From: Neoconidiobolus thromboides FSU 785
Lineage: Eukaryota > Fungi > Entomophthoromycota
Reading direction: 5' to 3'
Assembly (NCBI GenBank): GCA_025603075.1
Contig: MU626311.1
Location: 52,840-116,839 of the forward strand
DNA length: 64,000 bases
A program made the translations under genes and the position numbers. Positions 1 to 13,195 of the stretch are shown here, piece by piece. The first letter of the stretch is position 1, and each line of letters opens with the position of its first letter. Under the pieces are notes generated by a model, which worked only from the letters and a program-made list of their open reading frames with translations, ran no database searches and had not been told where the DNA came from.

Positions 1-1335
1 TGAAATTGAAGATATGGGTGGGATGGCTAAAGCAGTGGATACAGGTATGCCAAAATTAAAAATTGAAGAATCAGCTGCTAAAAGACAAGCTAGAATCGAT
101 TCAGGACAAGGTAATATTTAATTTTAAAGAAAAAAGAATAATAAGTTAATATTAAAACTTTTAAATTTTAAATCTATTTTAGAAACTATTGTTGGAGTTA
201 ATAAATATCGATTGGAAAAAGAAGATGACATTGATATTTTAGCTATTGATAATACAATCGTTAGACAATCTCAAGTAGTTATTTTATTTTCTATTTTATT
301 AATCATACTAATTTTATATTATTATTTTTTAGATTAATAGAATTAACAAAGTCAAAAAGGAAAGAGATAACGATAAGGTAAAGAATTTCTTTATAAAATC
401 ATTAAGCTAACCTATTTTAAATTAGGCTAAATCATGTTTAGATGCATTAACTCAAGCAGCTAAAACTAATGAAGGTAATTTATTAGAATTAGCAGTAGAA
501 GTAAGTTTAATTTTAACTTTCATATTTTATAATTATAATCAATATATATTTATTGACTTTTCATTCAGGCAGCAAAAGCACGTTGTACAGTTGGTGAAAT
601 TTCTGATGCATTAGAAGTTGTAAGTTAAAATTAAATTAATAAATAAGCCATAGAGATATTAATTATCTATTTTAATCAAAAGGTTTATGGTCGTCATATG
701 CCTCAAAATAGGATGGTATCTGGAGCATATAAATCAGAATATGGTGAACGTGATGAAGTTAAAGATACTATGAATGCAATTGAAGTGAGATTGTTTATTT
801 TTAAAAAATTATTGTTATTTTATTTAACTTTTTTTATCTTGTTTAGGCTTTTACTTCAGCCCAAGGTCGTCGTCCACGTTTATTAGTAGCTAAAATGGGT
901 CAAGATGGTCATGATCGTGGTGCTAAAGTAATTGCATCTGGCTTTGCTGATCTTGGTTTTGATGTAGATGTTGGACCATTATTTCAAGTAAGTTAATAAT
1001 ATTTTGATATTAAACCAAATTAAATTGAAATAACTTTAAATTAGACACCAGCTGAAGTAGCCCGTCAAGCTATTGATGCTGATGTTCATGTAGTTGGTGT
1101 ATCTTCTCAAGCTGCTGGTCATAAAACATTAGTACCTGCTTTGATTGCTGAATTAAAAAAATTAGGTGCTAAGGATAAGATTGTTATTTGTGGAGGTGTT
1201 ATTCCTGCCCAAGATTATCAGTTTTTATTTGATGCTGGTGTAGCTGCTGTATTTGGCCCAGGTACTAAAATTCCCGTGGCTGCCAAAGATGTTGTGGAAA
1301 AAATAGCACAATCATTAAATGTTGAAAACAATTAA
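1..1335 (+). CDS. MUT: Methylmalonyl-CoA mutase (adenosylcobalamin-dependent), 3' part, multi-exon; 5' end outside the window
   Basis: Spliced exons read [92 protein letters not shown] (B12-binding DxHxxG) and [12 protein letters not shown]. Seven GT-AG introns; stop at 1333-1335. Confidence 0.97.
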
Positions 1336-1416
1336 ATGAATGGGAGAAAACACTAATAAATACTATTATTTTATATTTTATTATTTTATATATTATTATT
1401 TTCATGTATTATTATT

Positions 1417-2909
1417 TTAAAAATGATCTGTAATAAAATCCATTTTAAAATTATTACAATTTGTTGGTGGTAAATCTTTTTGATCTCCTTTGGCTAATAA
1501 TATAGTCCAATAATGGCCTTTTGGCACATACCAAATACCAATAGAACCAAATCCAAGTCCAAGTAATCTTTCTCGATGACCTAATTAAAACCAATAAATA
1601 AATAAAACACGAATATATTTTAATATTATTATATTATATTATATTATATTATATTATATTATATTATATTATATTATATTATATTATATTATATTAGCGT
1701 ACCTCTATCTCTTAACATTAAACTCAACAGTTGATTAACATCTTTTACACCTCTTGCAATATTTTGACCATAAGCTTTCCATTCTAATCCACCATCCACT
1801 ATTTTTTCACCAATAGTAAACCCTCCTTCATTTCCATTCACTAGTCTATTATTGAGAGCCATCCATTCGGTGTGATTTCTAGCAATTTCCATTAAAATTA
1901 AATTAGCACCAACAGGTGGTGAACTAGGTAAAGCTTGTTTTCTAGCAAAATTAATAGAACATAAAATTTCTTTTAAATTAAATTTATAATGTTTAGTATC
2001 AATAGAATTATAATCAAAAATGCCATTATATGTTCTCCCACTTCGTGATGTTTTCCATCGTACTATAGGATTGTTTCGTAATTTGTTTTTTAATCTCAAA
2101 CGTTTACTTTGTTTCGTTAGATTAAATAAAATTGGCGGATATATTTCTTGTTTTTTTATATTTGCTAATGTGGAATAAGTACTATTGATAGGGGTGTTAT
2201 TGATGAGTATAGTTGTATTATATATTGTTGTTGAGTTTTCCTTTTCTCTTTTTAGTATTTGTTGATTATGTTCTTTTTTTATAAAATTAGTACAATCTGG
2301 TAAGATAATTGGATAAGGTGATTTAGTTAATATTATATTTAATGATTTTAATTTGAAAGAATAACTTAAACCTATATGAGTATAACTGGGTTCTAATATT
2401 AAATTTTTGGCTTCTATCAAGATAATGTTAGTATTATTGCTTATTGCTTATTAATTATTAATTATTATTATTGAATTCATCTTACCTTGATCATTCCAAA
2501 TAGCTAATAATCCTTGTTCTGTATTATTAATATTTTTTACTAAAATAGTACCCGCTTTAAACCATAATATATTATTAACATTTAATTGATTTAAGTAAGT
2601 TTGATTAATTATACTATTATTTGAAGTTGTATTGAATGAGTTGTCTAAATTATATTCAGCTACTTTGTTTAAAGATCTAAAAAAGTTAATATTTATATTA
2701 AGTCTTGATTCTGTATTTATTAAAACTTACTTATAACTCCCTAAAGGTAACCTTAATTTTGGATCTAAAGTTCTTATTTCATTTAATAAACAATGATACC
2801 TTGATAATTCAAATTCTTCTTTTTTAAATAAAACATTACTAGGGATTGAAATGGAATGGATCGTTATGAACATTGACAACAGTATACTTAATTGATAAAA
2901 TAGTTGCAT
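1417..2909 (-). CDS. Secreted protein with two tandem CAP/SCP domains, 4 exons (2909-2731, 2676-2486, 2413-1703, 1580-1417), 414 aa
   Basis: Exons total 1245 nt in frame. Signal peptide MQLFYQLSILLSMFITIHSIS. Domain 1: CLLNEIR...SLNKVAE...WNDQEAKNLILEPSYTHIGLSY. Domain 2: CSINFARK...IARNHTEWM...GQNIARG...GHRERLLGLGFGSIGIWY...YWTILL. Confidence 0.75.
1622..1696. repeat. (ATATT)n microsatellite inside the last intron of the CAP gene
   Basis: About 14 tandem ATATT units within intron 1581-1702. Confidence 0.95.
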
Positions 2910-3362
2910 TGTATTTTTACTTTGGATATTAACATAATAAAGTAATAACAATTCTTATTTCTTATTTCTTATTTTTTTTCAAAAGTTCCTCAATTGCTTA
3001 TCTTACTTTGATAACATTTATTGGCTATTTATTAAATTAGAAAATTATTTCTATTTTTTGCCAAATGGAGTAACTCGATTCAATTTGAGTCAATTCATTT
3101 AAAATTGAAAATTAAGACGGACTAATTTGAAAATTGTACTGCAACAAGATTTCAATTTACATCTGTAGTCTTCAACTAATATTCTAAAGGCTTAAATACA
3201 TTGCATATATAAACTGGTATTCACTTTAAATAATTATGTCTAACCCTAGATTTTCGATCCAAAAAATAGATTTTATTGTATATAGTAAGTTAAATTAAAT
3301 TACTAGTTTAATGTGTTAAAAAACTCTAGTAATTTAACAGTTAGCTAGGAATTTGAATTATA

Positions 3363-3469
3363 ATATAGGGATGTTTTTTTTGACTTCATTACTTTTTATA
3401 TCTTTTAAGCATTATTTGAATGGAAAAATTATTAGCAAAATTCTTAAATACAAAAATACATCCCCATAT
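3363..3469 (+). mobile_element. ~98-bp MITE family copy (TSD ATAT/ATAT)
   Basis: atat|AGGGATGTTTTTTTTGACTTCATTAC...AAAAATACATCCCC|atat; matches the family consensus along its length. Confidence 0.85.
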
Positions 3470-3748
3470 CAATCCCAAAAAAAGCGTAATAATTTTAAAT
3501 TATTTGGTGCTTTTTTAATGTGAGGGTTGAAATTCAGGAATTGATAAGCAATAGTTTTTTTAAATAATAAAGTAGAAAAACATTTTATTTATTTTTATTG
3601 TTTTTATATAACAAATTATAAAATAATCTGACTTTTAAATAAAGATATAAAATTATTAAAATTGAATTTTTCTATTTAAAAATTATTTTACTTCCAAATA
3701 TTTATTATAATCAACTATTTGTTTTATCATGTTTAAATTGAAAGCTTT

Positions 3749-3800
3749 GCTTATTAAAAAATGGAAAAAATAATGAAATAAAAAAAACACTCCCATGTAT
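3749..3800 (-). mobile_element. Half copy of the ~98-bp MITE
   Basis: ttaaaaaatggaaaaaataatgaaataaaaaaaacactcccatgtat is the reverse complement of the left half of the consensus. Confidence 0.65.
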
Positions 3801-4118
3801 TATTTAATTAATTTTTTTATGTTTATTCTAATTATACTATCATTATGATTTTATTTTGATTATATAATTTATTAACTATTAGCTTTATCTAAGCCTGTAG
3901 TATTATATATTATAATTATTTTTACTTAAAAAAATAATATTTTAGTTCTGATAATAAATTGTTAACTATACATGCTCTTAATAAATCACCAGAAAAGCAT
4001 TTGAACAAACTAAAATCAAATTTAATTTTGAAATTGATTTGTTTTTTCCCAACTAGTAAAATTGGCTTTAGTAAAAAAATTATTGGTATATAAATTTTTA
4101 AATTTCCAAGGCCACTAA

Positions 4119-4200
4119 GGCACCTTGGCGGAGTGGTTAACGCGGAGCCCTGCTAAGGCTTTTCCCTTTGGGAGCGCAGGTTCGAATCCTGTGGGTGTCG
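4119..4200 (+). tRNA. tRNA-Ser (anticodon GCT)
   Basis: Acceptor stem GGCACCT/GGGTGTC, anticodon arm GAGCC-CTGCTAA-GGCTT, long variable arm TCCC-TTT-GGGA, T-arm GCAGG-TTCGAAT-CCTGT. Confidence 0.96.
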
Positions 4201-4598
4201 GTCGATTGGGTAACCTTTTCTTAAGGTTATGGCCATTGTGTATAAAAATATGGTTTTTCTATTTTTTTTCAAAAGAGTGACTATTTTGAACAGGTTTCAT
4301 TTAGCATAATTTACATAATTAAATGTTTATCCTATTGCGTTATGTACATTAAATATCCAATGTAAATATCGTTAACTAACTACTAATTAAGAAAGCAACG
4401 TTTACATTGTTTTGGAATTCTTTAAACTTGGTTGTATGTAAAAAGGCTTAAAACTATTTAACTACTGAATATACCTTTTAGCATAAAGATTGGAATTGTT
4501 GTATTTTAATATCTTGTATTTATATTATTATTAGAAAAGCAAATTTATTGTTTGAAATTTAAACACTTAAAATCTTAACTTTATTAAATAACATACTT

Positions 4599-7143
4599 TT
4601 AATCAACTTGTTTCAAATTTTCTTTCTCTTTTTCCATTTCTCTTTTTTTCCTTTCAGCTTCCTCTTTCTTATCATAATAGCGGTTCATATTATCTATCAA
4701 CTCTTTTTTTTTGAGCTCCTGCTCCTTATTATAATAAAAGATGGGTTGACTTGGGGGTAAAGGTTCTAATATAATAGGTTTAGTTATAATTTTGATTGGC
4801 TCAACTATAGGGCTAGCTTTCATATTCCGCCTCCTTTCTTCTTCAGCCTCTCGAGCCTCCTGAGCCTCAAAAATTGCCCTTTTTTTATGTGATTCTTTAA
4901 AGTGAAATTCAATGTTATCAATGAAATCTTGCACCTTTGGTGGTAATTTAACTATTCCACTCATTTCATTTTTTTCTTTGCTTAGTTCTTGTATTGGTTT
5001 ATCTGAATTAATAGTAACTTGATTTTGATTCTGGTTTTCTATGCTTGATGGTAATGCTTCTAAATTAACATCTTGGTTTAAAATATTCGAGCTAGCTGAT
5101 TGATCGTTTTGAGATACAACTGAATCAGTTCGGGTTTTTACTGTTCCCTGTCCGTCAAACTTTAATAGAGAAGAAGTTTTACGATAAAACTCGGTAGTAT
5201 GCGGAAATTGAGTTTCATCTAAATGATCACCCTGTTGGTAACATTCAAAGATCCAAGCATGAGAAACAATCTTCACACCATTTTCTTTGGCTTTTAAAAA
5301 ATCGCCGAATTTTTCCTGCCTGCATCTACTAGAGTGAATAAAGTGGGTACATTTTTCTGGTTCAAAGTTAACAACATATTTCGCTCCCATCAACCGTGCC
5401 AATGGCCCATACTCTGGTATTAAGTGACTGATCCTAGGACTAAAAAATAAGGTACAACCTTTCAAATAATCTCCTTTCGATTTTAGTCTGGATAAATTTT
5501 TTATTTTTCCAGATGGATCCAAGATTATACTTTGCATTTCATCAACAAGCCCACTAACTATCAAATATTAATATTGTTTTACCTATTTATTATAGCCTTA
5601 CTTTCAGTACTACCATTCGACTTCAAAACATCTTGTTTTGAACCTAATTTCGATGGTTTGTTGGCTGGTTTAGCTAATTCAACTCTAATTTCATCAATAA
5701 TTTCGTCGTCTATTAAATGTTAATATAATATCACTTTGGGTACTTTATAGTTCACCTCCAATACTATTAGGAATCCCAGAAACTTCCCGATTTAAACTTG
5801 TTCTTTCTGGTTTTTTAGCTATCCTAAATCTTTCTAATTTGTGGGGTGATGAAGCAGCCCTAGGGAGCATACGCTTGACACGAGATGAATTTTCTGGATC
5901 AATAGATTCGGGGGGTGGAACCCTTTTTTGAACTCTATTGTATGCCCCTTTATTTACGATAGCTTCTAAAACGTATGGGTGGTTAAGATCTCTCTATGAA
6001 AAAACAATCAATTTCCATAAAATATATAGTAGATGATAATACTGTTTCAGTTACTCTATAAAGCCACTCTTCAGCTATAATGAACATATTTGATTTCAAG
6101 GCAGCATTATATTTATCGCCTGTAAACTTTGCGCAAATCAAATGAGTATTTCTAGTTGAAAACCCATGCGTGAATTTTCCACCTAAACAATGTTAATATC
6201 GTTAATTAACATTGAAAAATCAAACTACCTAAATACATTATAATAGTACATAGTTGCCTCTTTTTGATGGTCGTAAATCCAGTGCAAGCAAAGATATAGT
6301 TCTCGAATTCTAAGATTTATTAGCGAATGTTTAGATGGTATTTTAAAAATACCTTTAATAGCGTCGATTTTTTTCCTTGGTAAAAACAAAAAATTTTGTT
6401 GTGGATGATGAATAACAAATTCCTGATAATAATTAGTTAATCTTTACAATCTTAAATTAAGCTTACATCATAGCAACATTCCAACCAAGCATAAGTAACA
6501 GTAGCCACATTTTCATCGTTTTGAAAGTTGAAATCTGAGTCTTCGGATAAACTAAAAACATTAATAAAATCGAAATATCAATAACTACTGCTAACCTTGT
6601 TGTAGGAAGTACAATAAACTTAGGGAAGATACAATATTCCTTTTTTACTATTGTGCCTCCCATAAAATTAATTAAAGATATGACTTCAGCTTTCTAAATA
6701 ACAATTATTAACGTTATTTCTAAAATACAAACTATATACTTTAGCTCTTGAATTTTCCACTCCTTCATACCCATGAAGTGAAAAATTACAACCTTTGAAC
6801 ATAATAGAACGGATCTCTCTATAAAAATATACATTAATCAATTTGGCTCTCTAAAATTAAAACGATGGGTTACTTATTCGTTTTATTGGTATTTTTTGTT
6901 TTAAATTTTATTGGGAATTGTAACATGAACCGCTTCCAAAACTGAGAACTAATACCATCCATTGAAGTATTAATATTATTGTTTTTTTTATAAGGAACGG
7001 AGCCATTTCGTTTGATCCCTTCTCTGTTGATTTCGATACTGTTGAGCCATTCCATCTTGTAAATTTGAAATTAAAACTGAGTTTCATATTTTTAGTAAAT
7101 TTCAAAAATATTAGCAAACTGTTCTTTTTGGTTTGATTAGCAT
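4599..7143 (-). CDS. TopBP1/Rad4(Cut5)/Dpb11-like protein with three BRCT domains, multi-exon; start codon uncertain (7143 or 7055)
   Basis: BRCT-A: MFKGCNFSLHGY...SLINFMGG...VTYAWLECCY. BRCT-B: FACTGFTTIKKRQL...LGGKFTHGFSTRNTHLICAKFTGDKYNAA...EEWL. BRCT-C: LKGCTLFFS...LARLMGAKY...THFIH...KIVSHAWIFECYQQGDHLDETQFPHT. Confidence 0.8.
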
Positions 7144-7507
7144 TTTTAAAATCAGTACTAATTCAATATAGTTTTTAAATCAGTTAAAAGGATAAACACT
7201 ATGAGACTAATAATTGTTGTTAATATAAAGCAATATATTCAGATTTATTTATACAAAAATAGGAAATAACTTTTATCTTTGGTACTTATAAACGTTAAAA
7301 AGGAGCATTAGTATTTCATTAATCAAAGCATAATAATGTATATAAAATAAACTAAAGCTCAACTTTAAATAGTTTAGAAACTGTAGCATTTTAAAAAAAA
7401 CCTACAAAACTTTATGTCCAAAATTTAAATGGAATTTAATTGGATTACTTTGAATATTATATCTATTTTTAATTTTCAACTTTATCTTTTAAAAGTTATT
7501 AAGAAAA

Positions 7508-8401
7508 ATGAGATTAACAGTTGATATAATCAATGAAAGTGAATGTCGAATTAACCCATTAAAAGATCGTGAGCTTTACTTAAGAGGTAAATTAAACAAA
7601 CTGAGTAGTAATGGTAGTAGACATTAATTCATCTTTTCAGGTTTAAAAATCCCTGAGATTGAAAATTTTGGTTCTACAAAAGTAAGTGTATTATTCTAGG
7701 CTACAAGTAGAAATATAACATCTATCTTCCAGGACTTAAACGATAGTATTGACTTAAGCGATAATGATTTATTACAATTGGGCAACTTTCCTTTATTACC
7801 TCGGTTGAAAAAATTATACTTAAGCAACAATCGTATCAGTATCATAGATCCCTTAATTGCTAAGCAGTTGCCGAATCTAAATACATTAATATTAACAAAT
7901 AATCAAGTGAGTGGTTTGGAGTACCTACTACCATTGAAAGAAATGAGCAAATTAGAGCATTTAAGTTTAATTGGGAATCCAGTAGTGAATTTAAATTATT
8001 ATCGATTGTTTTGTATCTTTTTATGTAAGAAAATTAGGTTTGTTGACTTCCAAAGAGTCAAGGATGAGGTAAGTCTAAAAATAATTATTTTTTGATATTG
8101 ATATTAATTTTAATTTTAACTTATAGGAAAGAAAACAAGCAAATAGCTTATTTTTAAATGAAAAAGGAGAGTTTAGTTCTATTGCCTTAGGTATCATTAA
8201 CAAAGTACCTGCTAAAACCTTTGAAGCTAACACAATCGCCACACAAAATAGTAAGTTTTTTTAATGTCTATTAATTATTTTATCTTAATTTATTGATTAT
8301 TTTTAGATGAAGTTAAAAATACAAGTGCCCTTCAATCTTTAACTGAAGAGGAACAAAAAAGAATTCAAGCTTCTTTAAATAAAGTTTCTAATTTGGTTTA
8401 A
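7508..8401 (+). CDS. LEA1: U2 snRNP protein A' (Lea1/SNRPA1), multi-exon
   Basis: MRLTVDII...NPLKDRELYLRGLKIPEIENFG...DSIDLSDNDL..LGNFPLLPRLKKLYLSNNRI; LRR cap GNPV...YYRLF...RFVDFQRVK. Confidence 0.95.
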
Positions 8402-8490
8402 GATAAATAAAAATAATAAAATAAAATAAAAATAGCCATGTTAAAGTTTTTCTTTTATTTAAATAATGATAAATCAGCCAAATAAAAGTT

Positions 8491-11469
8491 TTATTCCAAA
8501 GATCGAACGCCATCTGTACTTGATCTATTTTCATCAGTTTGGTCATTATCTACATCTAATAACAACTCATCTTCATCTTCAGCAATGTATAATACATCAG
8601 TGCTAACATTAGCATCCTCCTCCTTTATGTCACCCCCCTCATCATCATGATAATGTTCATCATTATCATCATCTTCATCATCTAATTCTTGTAACTGATA
8701 ATCATGTTCTTCATCATTTAATAAAGACATTTCTCTCATCTGTTGATCTCTAAAAGGTTGATTTTTATATCTATAAAATAGCATAATACTTAACACAATC
8801 AGTACAATAAAACACAGCAATAAAATAACATAGATCATAAAACTATTCTGGCCTTGACCTAAAGAGTTAAGCTGAGATAATAATTGACTATTATATTGCT
8901 CTTTGTTTTTTTGTTCTTCTTCTTTAAGTTTTCCATTGCCTTGATTTATTACTTTCTCTGTGTTCACTGGTGCTTGTTTACCATCTTCAGTAGCCGTTGG
9001 AACCACATTACTCTCTATGCTCTCCTTTGTCAAAGCAGTCTCAGCTTTATCAAGTGTTATCGTCTTTGTTAAAAAAACATCTTTCATAGACTCAACACTC
9101 GAAGTAATATTACTAGGTAAAACATAACTAGTTACCTTTGATGGTATTTCACCATTTACTTCGGATATAATTACCTTTTCTTCCTCTTTTTTATTATCTT
9201 GATGTATAATTGTAGGTCTATCATTATTATCATTTTCTAAAGGTATAGTACTATCTCCATACAATGTCATATGCCAACTTATAAAATCCCCAATAGCAAA
9301 TGGGTCTTTGATATCTTTAACTCTTAATTTCCACTCTCCCTCAGCTGGTTCATCCCTAAAAACAATAGCTTAAATTTAACATTTTATTATATTATTATAA
9401 ATTATTACCAATGTTTCACGGTCATAAAAGTCCAATTTGGGAATCCTTGATCGCTATTATCCTTTAATCTAGGTACACAAATCTCTGAAACAATACCATT
9501 AGGAGATATTAAATCAATAGCAATGTCTGATCTTCTGTTATGAATAATATTCACAGTAACAGTTACATGTTCCAAAGACTTAAACTTCCCATTGTTTAAA
9601 TCCTCTTTTTTAATGACTGTTGAAGACAGGATACCTTCATGATCTTGAGGTATTCTTTGTTGTACCATAACAGTAGGTGTAGTTAATTTCGTTTGTTGAT
9701 TTTTGCTAGTAAAGTTCATAGCATGATGAACATATTTATAACCGTCTACTTTGCCATATCCATATTTTGGACTATACCATCTTCCCATCCATGTTTTACT
9801 CCAGCTTTCATCTTGTAGATTTACTGGGACTGCTGCTTGTACTGAAATATGTTGAAAATCGCGCCAGGTAAGATCAGGTCTTTTTTGAAGTGCCAACGCT
9901 ATAATACCTGCCATCATTGGTGCTGCTGCGGATGTACCACCATGCGAATCCGTACATTGGCTATGCCAAGAGGAGGAAGTATACTAAAATATTAAAATAA
10001 ATTAATGTCAGATATAATAAAAAAGGCAGAACTCATTACAATTCTAGCTCCAAAATTACCCGAAGAATAGGCGGTAATCATCATTGCAGTACAAGCTTCT
10101 GAATAAGCTGGATGTTGGTTTTTAGCATCTACAGAGCCGACAGTAATGGAATAGATAGAATTAGTATACCCATCGAAGTTACAGTTATCTCCATTGATAC
10201 CACCATTACCACTAGCAAATACAAAAATGCTACCTTTTTTTTGCCTGCCGTTTTCAGCTCCATTTTTAATTGCTTCTTCCACTATCTTCGGTGGTCGATC
10301 CATAGCTAAACCATCATCTGGTGGTCCCCAAGAACAGGAATAGATCTGATTAATCTGATATTTATAATTGATTGCAATAGCCTCTGCATCATCCGTTATT
10401 TCTTTGGATAATACACGTATCCCTTTATAATAAATTAAACATTATAAGATAAATTAAATACTATTATGCTTGTTTTTACCTGATACTTTTGACTCATAAG
10501 CAATTCCAACTCCACAATCATTATTACGTATACCAGCAATTTGACCGGCACAACGAGTGCCATGAGTATCTTCGTCTAACATTGGCATTGGTAATGGTCG
10601 TTCATCATTAAAATCATATGAACCTTCAGCAAACTAATGAATGAAATTTTTAAGCTTTAAATTAAAAAATTTTAATGTTTTTAATTACAAAATTTTCTTT
10701 AATATCCCGATGTTCATAATCAATACCTAGTAGAAAAACAAATTTAATTCTAGTTTTTGACGTAATTGAATCATTTATTTACCGTCATCTACAATAGCAA
10801 CAATAACTCCTTTACCAGTGATACCTTTAATAATTTTAAAATATTAAACATTTTATTAATAAAAATTAATCAAACTACTATCTACCTTCCTCCCACAACT
10901 TCGTAATGTTTAAATCATTTCCTTCATCCTCTTGGTTATGCTAAAAAAAGCATAAATACTAATTTCAAGAACAAGTTTAATCTCTAACTTACAAAATGCC
11001 ACTGTTTAGGGAACCCTGGGTCTCTTATACCCAATAAAGCATATCTCGTCATATTCAATTCTTTTACCTTACTCGGTCTACCTTTTCCTACCGGCCCTCT
11101 TTTCACTCTTAGCTTAGGCACTTGTAAATTAAACTCTGAGATACCATTATTTTCTAGTTGGCTCCTTTTGGATTTATTGGTCTTGTATAGCAGTGAATGT
11201 AATGGATCCTTATTCAAATTGATCTGCTTGTTTCGCAAAAATAAATGATAATCTTTTAGTTCTCCTACAGGACCCACATAACTTAGATTGTAACGTTTAG
11301 CAAGTTCTAATGGGGTTTGGGTTGAATCTAGTTTTAATGTGTAGTAATTGTTTGACTTGTGGTTGTAATGATATTGGCGAGTGCTTGTTTCAGTACAGAC
11401 AATCGATATAAAGAGTAAGAATAATAGTAAATAAAAATGCCATTTTAACGGGTTTAATGGGGTTAACAT
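8491..11469 (-). CDS. KEX2: Kexin/furin-type proprotein convertase, multi-exon
   Basis: Signal peptide and prodomain (LRVKR). Catalytic [23 protein letters not shown] and [10 protein letters not shown]-domain ([10 protein letters not shown]...LISPNG...WTFMTVKHW), TM helix and acidic cytosolic tail. Confidence 0.96.
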
Positions 11470-12195
11470 TAGATACAAGGATATAATAAATAGAATGTTT
11501 TTTTAATAAAAAGTAAATAATTAATTGATTTTATAGAATAGTTAAAATAATTTATTTAGTTTAAGCTTATTGGTAGATTTATAATTTAACATGCTTTTTG
11601 AACCTTCAACTCCAACTTGATTTTTCATAATAAGCAAATGATAAATTTGTAAATTTCTAATTTTTTTGATTGTTAATTTACCGAGGTTTATATTGTGAAT
11701 TTAAAAAAGCACATTAAAGTCAAAAGAAATAGCTTTGAACAGATAAAAACAGTCAAAAAAATTTAATTAATCATTAATAAGTTTAATGACTTTATTAGAT
11801 TAAAATAATTAATATCAAATACTTGATAAATCCTGATTTATTTTAAAAAACAAAATAGTTGAATATAATGAATGATATGTTGACGAATGATTAGTCGAAC
11901 AAAAAATAAAGAAAAAAGTGACCAAACACGCCAGCAATTTAGAACAAAAAACTCTTACATAAAGATTAAGCTAATAAAAGACAACAACGGTCAACATAAA
12001 AAGTGCAAAAAGAATAAAAGTGCAAAAAGAGTCAAAAGTTCTATAATTTACTTAATAATATTGCACCAATTAATAAATTCAAAATTCAATAGAAGATTTA
12101 GAAATTTTATAAAAACAAGTAATTATTGAAAAGTTGATTTATATAAATTTTTAAGTTTGAATTTTTTTAAAAAAAATAGAAAAAAAGAAAGTAAT

Positions 12196-13061
12196 ATGGC
12201 AATCCAAGGCGTCATACCATCAACGGGAAGTAAATTAGTACAATTAGAAAAGAATGCATCAAATTCGAATGGTAACTTGGTGACAAACTCTAATTCTAAC
12301 AATAGTGTAGCATCTACTACAGCTACAGTAAACTCAGAAATTCATCCATTACATTATACTTGGACCTTTTGGTTTATGCACCGTCCCCCAGGTCAAAAGA
12401 TTACTAACTATGAGGAGTCGATGAAAAGGATCGCTTCTTTTTCTTCTGTAAGTTTATAATAATTTCGTTAGATTAGTGATCATAGTATTAATATTGATAA
12501 TAATATTACAGATTGAAGATTTTTGGGCCGTATATTCCCACTTACGTCGTCCAAGTGATTTACCTACCATCTCCGATTATCATCTATTTAAACATGGGGT
12601 AAGACCAGTTTGGGAGGTAAGAGATTAATGATTTTTATAGAAGAGATAGAAGCGTATTTATTAAAAACCATAAATTCATAGGACCCAGAAAACATAACTG
12701 GAGGTAAATGGTTAATCCGAATAAAGAAAGGTTTAGCTTCACGTTATTGGGAAAGTTTAGTGCTAGCTATTATCAGTGATCAATTCGAAGTTGGTAATGA
12801 AGTTTGTGGAGCTGTGCTTTCAATAAGATTAAATGAAGATATTATTTCCGTTTGGAATAAAACGGCTAAAGACCAAGAGATTACTGGGAAGATTAGGTAG
12901 TTCTTATGTTTTACTTTAATTAAAGTTGTTTAATGTATGCTTTTTTATTTAGAGACACTTTGAAAAAGGTACTTGAACTTCCAGCAGAAACAGTCATTGG
13001 CTATAAAACCCATGATGATGCTCTTAAAGATAATTCTAGTTTTCGTAATACCACTTTATAA
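12196..13061 (+). CDS. EIF4E2: eIF4E family cap-binding protein, class II (4EHP/eIF4E2-like), 4 exons
   Basis: HPLHYTWTFWF...NYEESMK (Tyr at the W56-equivalent site), DYHLFKHGVRPVWED..N..GGKWLIRIKKGLASRYWESL, DIISVWNKTA, YKTHDD. Confidence 0.88.
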
Positions 13062-13195
13062 ATAAAAACTAAAATTTTAACTAGCTTAAATTGTTACTAA
13101 AAAAGATAGAAAACACTGCTTATTTTATGTTTGAAATTCAAATTTTATAATACAACAATTTAAAATTAATGGTTTATATTTTATTATTATGATTT

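Noticed and set aside
8340-8401. U2A' appears to end before the usual C-terminal helix
   Set aside because: The tail is variable in this family and I cannot exclude an unrecognised last exon; the evidence is too thin.
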